From the NCBI RefSeq assembly GCF_002105155.1, contig NW_019028999.1, positions 434,001 through 498,000 of the forward strand: DNA of 64,000 nucleotides, read 5' to 3'. Origin of the DNA: Lobosporangium transversale. Its lineage: Eukaryota. A model generated the notes under the pieces. The model had not been told where the DNA came from and searched no databases. It worked only from the letters and a program-made list of their open reading frames with translations. Positions 12,653-27,923 of this stretch are shown here, in pieces (within the stretch, counting starts at the first letter, position 1; each line of letters begins with the position of its first letter). A program made the position numbers and the translations under genes.

Positions 12653-12945
12653 AACATCTAGCTAATATTTTGCATTGCTGTCTAGAACTTGCGCTCCTAA
12701 ATGATATGCCAAGAGCGGCAACCGTTCGAGCAAAAGGAAGGCTAAAGTGCGCTACTCTTGGAAAAAGGGCTTTCGTTCGTCTATTGGGGCCTGTTGTTGA
12801 GATCATCAAGCGCAATAGTGATAACTATCAAACAATTGAACAGCAGATTCAACAACAACAACTCTTGCAGGAACAGCAGGCCGCTGCTGAAGCAGCATTA
12901 GAATCATCAAATCAACATTCTCAGGAGCAGCTCAACCATCACTAA
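11048..12945 (+). CDS. BCY1: cAMP-dependent protein kinase regulatory subunit
   Basis: Exons 11048-11231, 11674-12594 and 12686-12945. D/D domain ([24 protein letters not shown]), inhibitor site RRTSVSAES, and two cNMP domains ([32 protein letters not shown]). Confidence 0.96.
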
Positions 12946-13463
12946 CAGTAGATGTCATGATGAATGGAGAACAAGTATTAGTGGGGCGACACAACCTGAC
13001 TACATAAAGTCTATTCTTAACTATTATCCCGCCAGTCCTCATTATCATCTTCCCGTCTTCCTTGATGTGTATGTGGCCCCAGGAGGGCACCACAACAGGA
13101 TATCTTTTTTTCTCATTCGTTATCCATTCCATTCTTCTCCTTCTCCTCTTCGTCTTCATCTTCTGCTTCATTTCTTCTACTTATTAAAGCCTAAAGATAA
13201 ATGATAAAAAAAAAGAAAAAAAGAGAGAGCGTATTTTATTCTGGCAATATATTTTATGTTTGCGGTGTGGGAACCATCTTACCATTGAGCAATTGAAATG
13301 GCGCTCATACATTTTGAATGCTGCATCGTTTCTCGCTTGAATAAAAAAGCAGCAAAAGCATTAAATTATATTTTAAAATATGTTTAGTTTTATATATTTT
13401 TATGTTTGTAACGGACTATATACAATGAATAAATTAGGGAGAGTGTGAAACAAAGCTGGTTGT

Positions 13464-14351
13464 CTATGACATCGTGTTTTTTTTTAATGCTTTGGAGACC
13501 AATCTAAAATGACCTTTTGCCTTGAGTTTCCAAGAGTTCCTGTCGCGGCCTGTGTTGACCTTGGAAGTGGACAACAGTGTAGACGATGGTTGATCTGGAC
13601 TTGATATACTCTGCACAAACAATGGGTAGCTTGAGCTTTTCATAAGGTCTATAATAGCATCGCTTGCCTGTTTCAGTACTTGTGGATGATAATCACCATC
13701 TGTCACAGATTTTAGTAGTTTTGATCGAACAGTGTCGGAAAGGTTAACTTCATATGGACTGTCAGGTAAAATAAATGTCTCGAGAATCGCAAGCATATCG
13801 CTTTGAAGATCAGAGAAGAGTCGTGTCTGTGTCTGGTTCAAGAATGAGAGAGAGGACTGATGCAAATTAAATTGTGGTGCAGCTCTACTAATTGACTGCA
13901 GTATTGACTGAGCACGAAGCTAAAGTATAAATAAATAGATAAAATAAAGATTAATATGATTGTGATCTGGTTTTTACGCTGGATCATGGACAATAATTTA
14001 CTCTTGACTTATTACCTTGTATTGTTGGGTGGTGCACCAGAATATTAGGTTCTCATAGCAATATTGGGTATGAAGGAATTCTGCAAATCGATCCAATGAA
14101 AATGGCTCGCTCGCTTGATCGGTGAGGATCTCAAGAAGTGATGGAAAATTGTCACGATCATTGGAGGGTAATGAGATGGTAGATAATAATGATAGGTCTT
14201 CAGTGTGAGCATTGCAGGTGTCTGAAAGGAGTGGCTGCTGCGATGGATGCGCGAAGGAATAGGGTCTGAAGGACGTATTGGTATATTGGTGTTGATACAG
14301 CGTAGGGCCATGCGATGTTGACGAATACGATATTGACATTGTGGCAAACAT
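13464..14351 (-). CDS. RGS (regulator of G-protein signalling) domain protein
   Basis: Exons ~14351-14016 and 13919-13464. Motifs PFSLDRFAEFLHTQYCYENLIFW, ETFILPDSPYEVNLSD and LMKSSSYPLF. Start codon uncertain (14351 or 14339). Confidence 0.85.
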
Positions 14352-15450
14352 TCTATGATGTGATAGATCTAGGCAGGAAGGGAAAGAAGGTGTGAAAAAT
14401 AGGTGGGAGGAGTGCCACATTTATACAACTTCTTTAAAAAATATGGAATAAAAATGCTCATGATTGTACGCCTGAGAAAAGTGGCGACATGTCGCACAAC
14501 GTGGCTACTGAGCCTGAAATTATTACGAATTATGCTTCCGATAACCCCCATGTGTTTTAAAATATCAAGAATGGAAGAATGGTACCATATTAAACAAGAA
14601 CCAGGCAATCTGCTCAATCAATGCGCGTGCGATATTTATGAGCAATTGTAGGATGCATATGGGATATAAACAGTAGTAGACTTCAAAGACAGCTGATCGA
14701 ATCATCCATGCATTTATGGCAGTATGGATACGTATTGTATACCAATTGTCTGTCTGATTTGCTTCATAATCATGACCGCGAGAGGCAGTCTTCGCAACGG
14801 GAAGGAGTGGGGTTGAATACCAAAGGTGAATGGCCACAACAATGAAAATCTTTTATTATTATTATTTTTGACATCTTTCTGAATATTTAACGATCGCCTG
14901 TAATATTGAATGTCTAGGTGCTCTATTTATGACTTCATGATCACTTTACAACTAAGGGAACATGCCACATAATAGGGGCTGGCTTGCTTACAACTCTTCC
15001 GTGCTACTTCTTTGGGACGCAGTTACTTAAACTCGTCGGTCCAAAGCAAAGAAGAGTAGGGTAGAATGGAAGATCTGATACTATGCATATACATTTCCAA
15101 AAAGACATTAGGAATGCTTCTAGCAGGTAATATCGCGATATTTTAATAGGATATAGGAAAATATGAAAACAAGAAGTGTTGGAATGATGGAATTCGAGAG
15201 ACTTGACAATCGAATAGTGGTTGTTGCCGCCTAGGCCCGTTAGAATTCGTGCCTGGATATGATATAAATGGCTTTTGCTTATATTGAGTTCAGTCATGGA
15301 AACGTCAGTCGTCTGAGAGCGCGTAAATTCTGTTGTTCGGCCTACAGATCTAAATATCACATGACTTCCTTTTAGCTGTTTGTTGTCCCGCGTTGAGGTG
15401 ATTCGGCTTCAAATCGATTTCTCTCCATCATCACCAGAACACACCCTCCA

Positions 15451-16404
15451 ATGTCTGCCTTAGAGGAAGTCGTCTATCACCCCAAGGCCCCCATCCAAGA
15501 GGGTCTCCAGGCCGGCGCTATCGGTGCCGGTGTTGGTCTCCTCGTCTCTGCAGCCCAGAATTCGGTCGGATCACATTCATACGGTGCTACAGGTGTTTTC
15601 GCACGAACCGGTGGTACCATTGGCATCTTTGGTAATAATGATGAGCTTCTCTTCACACCATTTTTGTTTTAATTTCATGACTTGGATCGAAAGTAAATTT
15701 CAAAAAAATAGATGGAAGCCAAATAACAATTGTCTATTTTCAGTACATTCAGCACGGAGATCTACTCCGAAAATAAGGAAATACAAGGAGTATAGACACT
15801 TTCTTAGATTAAATCGCCTATCAACATTGTGTCCAGCAACTGAAGCACTGTATTCAATTTGATTCTCACTTTTCTTTTTGTCAGCAATCGACAGACCATA
15901 GTTACATGCTTGATTCAACCGCACTTTCATACAGCTGAATAATGAATTTTTTACTTTTATTTTATTTTTATTCTCACTAACCGTCTTATTTTATTACCTT
16001 GGAAATACCTTTAAATTACCTGAATAGCGGCTATGGCCGGTGTTTTTGCTGCAACTGACTCAGCTGTTGCAAATGCTCGCCAAACCAAGGATGCATGGAA
16101 TTCAGTTGCCGCTGGATGTGCTTCAGGATTGGTTGCTGGCGGTTTCCAGCGAAATGCTCAGACTATGGTTTTTGGATGCTTGGGTATGGGTACTATGATG
16201 GGTATTTTTGATCTTAGTGGAAACTCATTGAAGGTAAAAAAAATAATATATTCTTTGAGATACTAGAAGCATACGTGGTTGAGTGAATGGTTTGCTGATC
16301 TTTGAATTAATCATATTTTGTTATATCGACTTTAGGGCAAGTACGCCGAAATAGCTGAACAGCAGAAGCAGGAGTGGAGGGAGTCGCAGTTGAAGACCAA
16401 GTAA
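15451..16404 (+). CDS. NDUFA11: Tim17/22/23-family protein, complex I 21.3 kDa subunit (NDUFA11-like)
   Basis: Three exons (15451-15631, ~16028-16233, 16336-16404). GLLVSAAQNS..GVFARTGGTIGIF|AAMAGVF..ANARQTKDAWNSVAAGCASG matches the fungal NDUFA11 pattern. Confidence 0.8.
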
Positions 16405-16759
16405 GACGAAGGTCGACGGTGCACGGAAATTTATCGAAGGAAACGAGGAAACAAAATCTATCAGATTTTGTTGTTATTGAGAACGAACAGAGCACACATA
16501 GAACGCGAAAAGAATCTTGATAGCGACAGCAATAAAAATGAATAATACCAGTGTTCATTCGGCCAATACTCAAGTTTTACTGACTTGAGGTTCATTATTG
16601 TGATTTTTGTATGCAGTTGTTGTTTTCAAGGTTTTGGCGTTGGCCACCTTAATGGCGGGGATCACGTGCAGCATTGCTCTCAAATGTTTCTGCTGGAAGG
16701 ATGTCGGCTTTCTGCGTCTTTTGACTCTTTCTCTCACTCACTAGCCTCCCAACCCACCT

Positions 16760-16793
<34 letters not shown>

Positions 16794-17081
16794 CGCAGCT
16801 AACTCTTGCCATTCGTCCAACCTCAACCACTGCTATTCTCAAGGCAAGCAAAGCAAAGAAGATTTTTTTTTTTTCTTTTTTTATCTTCTGAGTTAACTGG
16901 AGCTCAATATTAAAATAAGGCAAGTTCAGGAACAACATTTTATTGACATCGATGTGGTTTTTTGTTTATTAGTAAATTCGTCAACGAATTACTCCATTCT
17001 ATTGTTCCATGACTTGTAACACAGTACCAATGACCTACATACCATCATGGCTGATGGTCATCTTGCAATGTAGTTCTCAAG

Positions 17082-21091
<4,010 letters not shown>

Positions 21092-21215
21092 CCTTCATCA
21101 ATGCAGAAAAAAAGATAGAAAGCAAAAGCATATCCTAAGAAAAGTTAGTAGAGTGTTTTATTATTACAAATTATATTATATGGTTATTCAGTTATCAAAG
21201 TATTGATTGAAAGAC

Positions 21216-21790
21216 TCAGTCCAGGCGCATGGCCGCTAACACGTCTGTATGTCTCAATTTACTGGCCAAGAGTTGCAAGAAATCCATTGCTCCAACATCA
21301 GGTTGAGGATGTTTATCAAGGTAAATGATGACAATTGAGACATGCAAATCGATCCGCGTGATATAATAAGTGCACCCGATTTTTCGATCATAAAAGTATT
21401 GACTCCGATATTGGCTTAATATGTTGACACTTCCTTGCATGATTGAGATAATATTGGGCCAATGATCCCTTGGGGGGTCCTAAAGAGCATATACAAAGAG
21501 AATAACTAGTAAGTATGCCATAATGGGCATAAACCCTTCCTCTGAAAAAAAAAAAAAAAAAAAAAAAAAGACATACAGGCGGATAACTGTATATGCATGG
21601 AAATGAATTTAGTCCTGTTGGAGGTTCGTAAGGCATATTAGCGCTAACCAATCCTAGAGTCGAAAAGCGCATCCCCCCTGAAATCTCATATACAAATGAA
21701 ATACTGTGTGCGCCTGCCTTTTTCCTAAATGTTCGGATCCTAAAATCAGTAAAGCCCCATAAAAATGTAAATATTTTTGGTCAAGGTTAT

Positions 21791-21826
<36 letters not shown>

Positions 21827-23606
21827 AAAGCAGCCGACAATCAAAGAATCATACATTCCATGCATATCAGGATCCATGTTGGCCCATAAACTTCGGTCAT
21901 CACCCCCAATCGCCTGCTCCTTCTCCAATAAAATATCCATGAAATAGATAGTCATTTTCGACTTTTCGCTCGCGATCCATCGGCTGAGCCATAGAAGATG
22001 ATTTGGTTGCAAGTTTACTTTACCACTCTTCCATGAAACGGATGATGTCGGCGCTGCTTTAGACTTTTCGTCTGTGCCTCCTGTCATGCCTCTCCCTGCT
22101 CCTGCTCCTGCCCCACTACCACTACCTGCATTAGGAATAGATGATGACGTTGACGATCCAAATATGCTCAGCCTCCATGATGTCTCCTCAGGCCGATGAT
22201 AGGTTTTATCCGCATATTCTTGCTCTGAAGAAATCTTTTTCCATTCTGACAGCGCGATACGTGCGAGATGCAAATTTGTAGCTGACTTTTGTATATCATA
22301 TTCACAAATAGATTTGTTCAATAATAGTCCATGTTTGAGGGCTCGGATTTCTAGTCCAATGCCTGTACCAAGGACTGATGCTTGAAAACTTTCTATAGCT
22401 TCAACGGATTCCTCATAAGCATGTAGTGCCAGCTCTACCTCTGGAAGAATCGAGTCTGCATCAATCTCGACGGTGGATTGCGACAACAGTCGATAGCTTA
22501 ACAGGGATGACAAATATTAGAAATAGAGAGTAGAGTTAAGATAGATGAATCATGGTAATAATAATGATGTCGAGTAGCATCCAGAGCATGAGTAAGAATC
22601 AAGTACTTGTTCTAGCGATTTGCATAATAACACATTACAATGATCTTACACTGGGATTAATGCTATACGCAGATGACATAGCTCCCGAAGAATGGTGTAA
22701 AGTACTACATGGTCCGCTGCAGATTGCTCCTCATAGCCATGGTTACCGCTGACGGTGCCTTGTTGGTTAGATGACTGGCCATTACTGCCACTGATGTATG
22801 TGTTGCCATTTATATAGGTGCGAATATTGCTGGCGTTGCTTCCAATGGTAGCGTTGTTGTTATTACTGCTTCCACCACCGAGTGAAGTATCACTAGCTTT
22901 TGTGACAATGTTACTTATTCCTGCAATATATTGATGAATACTGGGTTGGCTTGATTCAGACACATTCATGATAGGGGAGCTGTTCCCGGAAGGTCCTCCT
23001 AAATGACCTTGGCGAGCTTTAATGTTCCCTACTGTCTTTGAATACTCCGAAGCAGCAGCAGCGGTAAGGACTTCTGCTGAACTGCTATATAGCCCAATGC
23101 TTACGTGGTGATATGCCACAATCTCGCGTTCAACATCTGCGATGATCTCACTGTACAATTGATACAGATGCTAAATATCACGAAGAAAGTAACCTTATTA
23201 TTAAGTTGAAAATATAACTATTGATTTTTATACGCTATGTTTCCATAAAGAAGTATTACATCCTCTCGTCTAAAGATCTTGGGCTTGAGGAACTGCATTG
23301 AGCTATAGAGGCTCTCGCATTGGATAATCCTCGAACATATCGACCCCACGGTTGGATGTGCCTAGTAAGTGTGAAAATATGCATTTAACAATATTGGTGT
23401 GAACTCGTGAGAGCGGCGCGTCAATGACTGCAAGTTCAACTCGACTCAAATTACTTGCATTCTTGCATCTAGTTTTTTTTTTTTTTTTTTTTTTTTTTTT
23501 CGTACTTCGACCGCACCTTGCTAATGCGCACCAAACACTTATTGGCACAGACAAAGTCGAAAGAGCCCAAAGCTTTGACCAGCTCAGCACAATCCCGCGA
23601 GAACAT
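21216..23606 (-). CDS. KICS2: C12orf66/KICS2-like protein (KICSTOR subunit homologue)
   Basis: Multi-exon. The C-terminus PCIYSYPP|DPPKDHWPNIISIM..YFYDRKIGCTYYITRID..IVIIYLDK resembles the C12orf66 family. Start (MFSRDCAELVKALGSFDF) uncertain. Confidence 0.72.
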
Positions 23607-24393
23607 GAAGGGCTAGCAGTTTAGAAAGCTTGAATGGTTAAATGAAAGAGGGATGTCCACATGAAACCTAACAATCCGATCCTTTTTCCCATTTCTGCAA
23701 TATTATTTAAAAACCTTATATTGTTCGTTATCTGCAAGCTAATCCTGTCACTCTCTAATTGCATGCAGAGTTGCTGGCAAACGGAGCGTTTACATTTATC
23801 GAGACATTTTGGTTCGTCGTTTTTCTGTATAAAGGACCCTTCCCTGAAGCATCCTCGCAGTAGCATCACCGAGATCCCTCAACAAGCTGATCACGGTATT
23901 CCTCTCTGGGGCCAAAAAATCCTCTATAGTATACTACAGTGCTTGAATAACAACGCTGGGGAAATATTCGAGCTCAAGTTATACAAATGAATGAACATTA
24001 TTCCCAGGGCAGCATTACTATTTCAATTAATAGCAAGGACCCGAGTCGTTGCCCGAGAAGCAATCTATTGTAGAATTCTTTTTTTATCCATTCAACAGGC
24101 AGAATAAAAAAAAAGGGTGAAATCTGTAATACAAAGTACCCGATTCTCTCTCTTCAGAAGAGTTGCAGTTGGACAACTATGAATAGCCATTAAGGCCAAC
24201 CAGCTTGACTTTGCCGGCCAGTGGCCTCTAATTATGGTGGAAGTGAAATTACCACAGGTCAAGCATAATTTGCAGGACAATGGTTTCAAAAACATACTTT
24301 CTGGAATGAAGCTAGTACTGGATCCCTTTGATCTCAGGCAGCGTGGAGGACCCAAAAGCCCTAGACCTGTTTAGGCCTCGCAGCTCCTAGCTA

Positions 24394-24438
<45 letters not shown>

Positions 24439-24572
24439 AAGGTTAACATTTGATATATATTTACGTTTTCTCTCAAAATTGCTATGAAGTATAGTAGCAC
24501 TAAATGCATTGGCTTAATGTGCTCTGCAGTCTTCAATGATAAATAATAGTTAAAACCAGATGGAAATACTCA

Positions 24573-24766
24573 TGTCTTAGAGAAACAAAGTATTCTATCC
24601 AATTCAAAAACATATTCGACAAACAAGCCACCGCGACGGGTTGGCAAAGATTGTTGTGGACTTTGTATTTTCAGGTTGAAATTAAAGAGGTTCAGATATA
24701 TTTTTAAATTGGATAGAATACTTTGCTTCTCTAAGACAGACGTTTTATCTGTCTTAGAGAGACATG
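24573..24766. repeat. Foldback / MITE-like inverted repeat
   Basis: 43-bp arms at 24573-24615 and 24696-24738 (3 mismatches), plus a perfect 13-bp hairpin at 24728-24740/24748-24760. Confidence 0.85.
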
Positions 24767-25846
24767 ACTGTAGATGATAAATAAACAGGCCTATTGTGCT
24801 ATTGATATCTAAATAAATATATAAGTCAATGAATGAAAATTACTAGAATGGAAAAACACATTCATTTCCATGAAATAATTTATCTGAGAATTTTAACCCT
24901 ATTGTTACCGCTTAACGTTTGAGTTTTATTTTGGCATATTGGGTAGGTTACTTTCAATGACAATGAGCACGATATATTAGAATTGTAGAACAGGTGATCA
25001 GATCAATTGAAAGATATCAATGTTGAGGAGTCTCAGGAATTAATATTGGGACCTGAGCTTTTAACGAGTACATGTCATACTCCCATTGTGAGCGGACTAA
25101 ATCCTTTTCCCCCCCTATATTAACATTGATTTCAAAATAAAGCAATGAGCCCTTGTGCCTTTACCTTAAAGCATCCTACACGCTGTAATGAGGATACAGC
25201 ATAGAGAGAGACTTTAGCCTACTTATTTGTTTACTTATTTAGTCACCATATTGGAAGACTCTTGATAACTCGTTTCGTTCTGTAAAATAGCGCGTTAGCT
25301 CGCATCAATTATTAGCAAACAGCTCAAAAGCATTAGACATGGTGGAAAGCGTCATCATGAGCCAAAGTATTGAAGTATTACATATGAGCTACCTGCTTCA
25401 GCCATAAGACGCAAAATACCCACAGGTCTATTAATGCAACATAGTGTTAAAGGAACTCATGTACAACCATTGCGACTTAATGGGCAGAGGCAAATATTTA
25501 ACATGTCGCAACTGACGTCTTTAGCATGTGGGGGCAAAAAAAAAGATCTCACCACCTATTTACCCTTGAGCTTACACATTCATCCGTTTTGCAATTGGTT
25601 GGATTCGTACAAAAAAATCACTTTATCAGCGTCACGCCATCTTAATCCATCAATTGTCATACATCAAATACATAAAGCATTTGTGTGCTACGGGCCTTTA
25701 TTGGAGTTAGCGCTTTCGAGCAATAGATAAATAGAGCAAAGTAATATTTTATGTGATGCTTATATCTGTAGTAATCATGGTACTGGTGATGGCGGAGCAT
25801 TTGTGTGGGTATAAAGACAAGTGAACCGGTTCATTGCTTAGAAACC

Positions 25847-26667
25847 TTAAAGCGCACGTTTATCTCCGCTGTCTGAGGATGCTGGTAGTTGTTGAAAGCC
25901 TTCACTCTGCGATACCGGGCCGATATTCATTTGTGAAAACGATCGAGAGCTAGAGGCCTCATTATAGGGTGTACTGCTGGATGTTGCACTGCTGGCTGGC
26001 TGAGTTTTCATCGGTGACTCGTTACCAGTTTCTGTTGTACAATTCTGCGAGGATATCAGCGGCAGGTGCAACTCCCCATCTGGCCCTAAGAAACGGCTCC
26101 TCCGCCTTGTCTTGTGTTGGTTTTTATCGCTTACCGCCCATTCTTCTGCAATTAATTTCATACGCTTTATCATTAAGAAGGCACGGATTTTTTTTTAAAA
26201 AAAATATATATATATATATAAAAAAAAAAAAAAGGTCAGAAGCAGCTTTGGGCCTACGAAGCCTTCTCTAATTTTGCTTAGCGGTTACAACCTTCTCTTT
26301 AATACCCCATCCTTGATATTATTGTCCAATATTCAGAAAGTTAAACCAAAAATGATTCCTTGAATCCATGATCATATGCATCCCAATTCTTAACTACAGT
26401 ATAGTATCTATTCTTTTTGGACTCAACACATCTTTATGTAGGCGCAGCAGGGCTTTCAAGAGTAGGGCCATCCGCTGAATAGAGGAAACACAGTTGTGTT
26501 GCATTAAAGCTTGATGGCCGCATCCATATAAAGCTTATGCTAGGCTCTTTCGCAAGCCATCTTGCTCATGAGGGTTGTATGCATTAGGGGCGCTTGCTCC
26601 ATCCACTTTGCTTAAAGCAGGCTTGCCGGTGATATTAGTCTTTACACATATTCTATCCCTCCCGTTG

Positions 26668-26702
<35 letters not shown>

Positions 26703-26825
26703 AACAAACAAACAAACAAACGACTAGTATTGAAAATTATAATCTAACAATGGTGTCCCCATAGACTCATAGATCCAGAGATTCTAACAAAAAACAATTT
26801 GGGGCATATGGTTGCGGCGGCCATG

Positions 26826-26859
<34 letters not shown>

Positions 26860-27923
26860 TACGCGTGGATTGTGTCAGAAATACCAGACAAAGGCGAAAA
26901 TAAGTAAGGAGTCTGTACCTGTTGAGCTGTCAGATCGGGGTGATGCTTAGCATGATATTTACTTCGCTGCTTTAAAAACCTGTTGTAGGCTGTGGATCTC
27001 CTATTCACCCCTGCTTTCTTGGATCTGTGTAAAATTTTACCCGTCTTTGTGGTTTTCAAATTCGGATTATTGGTTCTTCTGATTGAAATTTGGCGGGCAA
27101 CCGGTCCTTCACCATCTTTACTATGATCAGAAACATATTTTCCTTCAGTCATGCCTAAAGTACTATCAGCGGAGCTATTGCTATGGCCTTTGCTCCCTTC
27201 GGCAGAAGAGGCAAAGGAGCAAGGCTTTGATGCAGAGAGCTTTTTTGGAGGAAGCGCAGGACTATGCAAGGGGGCTTTGGCTTTGCTAGTGTGTTTGATC
27301 AAAGCGCCCTGTGTACTCGAGTCGTAATCACGCTGAGTCTGTGCTTGAACGAGGGAAGATACGGATGTTGCCTCTATTCTAATCGAGCGATGAACAGCCA
27401 TTTGGGACGCTGGGGTCTCTTGAGATGGCAACTTTAGATCGGGAGGCTGAGGGCACTCTAAATACGGTGAGCTCCGTAGTACATTTGTAGAATTAAGTGG
27501 CGAAATATCCCATTTTGATGCATGAGACAAATGGCTTTCGGAAGGCCCTGGTGATGATTTCGGAGAGGAATTGAATACTGAATGTGATGAGAGCATCTGT
27601 GGCGAGACATGCGTAGGATGGACGAGGAATGATATAGGGATTGCCTGCGGCCTTGGAGCAGGTATTGAGCTCGTGTGAGAAGGAAATGGTTCGCTACGAT
27701 GGATAGAAGACGGCGTAGTAATAGTGTCTGCCGCATTTGGCGAGGCATGCCGGTCAGGAACACTTAATGAGACAGGATAAGTAGCGGAATTGGCGATGTA
27801 GAAAGTTGGTGTAGATGAAGTTGATAATGAGGCAGAGGAAGTACCAGGTGAAGCAACCTGGTCCATATGACCATCTTTGGCAGACGTGGGTGATCGAATC
27901 ATTGGGCGATCTTGTCGAGCCAT
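25847..27923 (-). CDS. Ser/Pro-rich protein with a YABBY-like HMG-box domain
   Basis: Exon 27923-26919 spliced to 26164-25847 gives RRSTAYNRFLKQRSKYHAKHHPDLTAQQ|RMKLIAEEWAVSDKN, an HMG/YABBY-type helix pattern. Confidence 0.7.
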
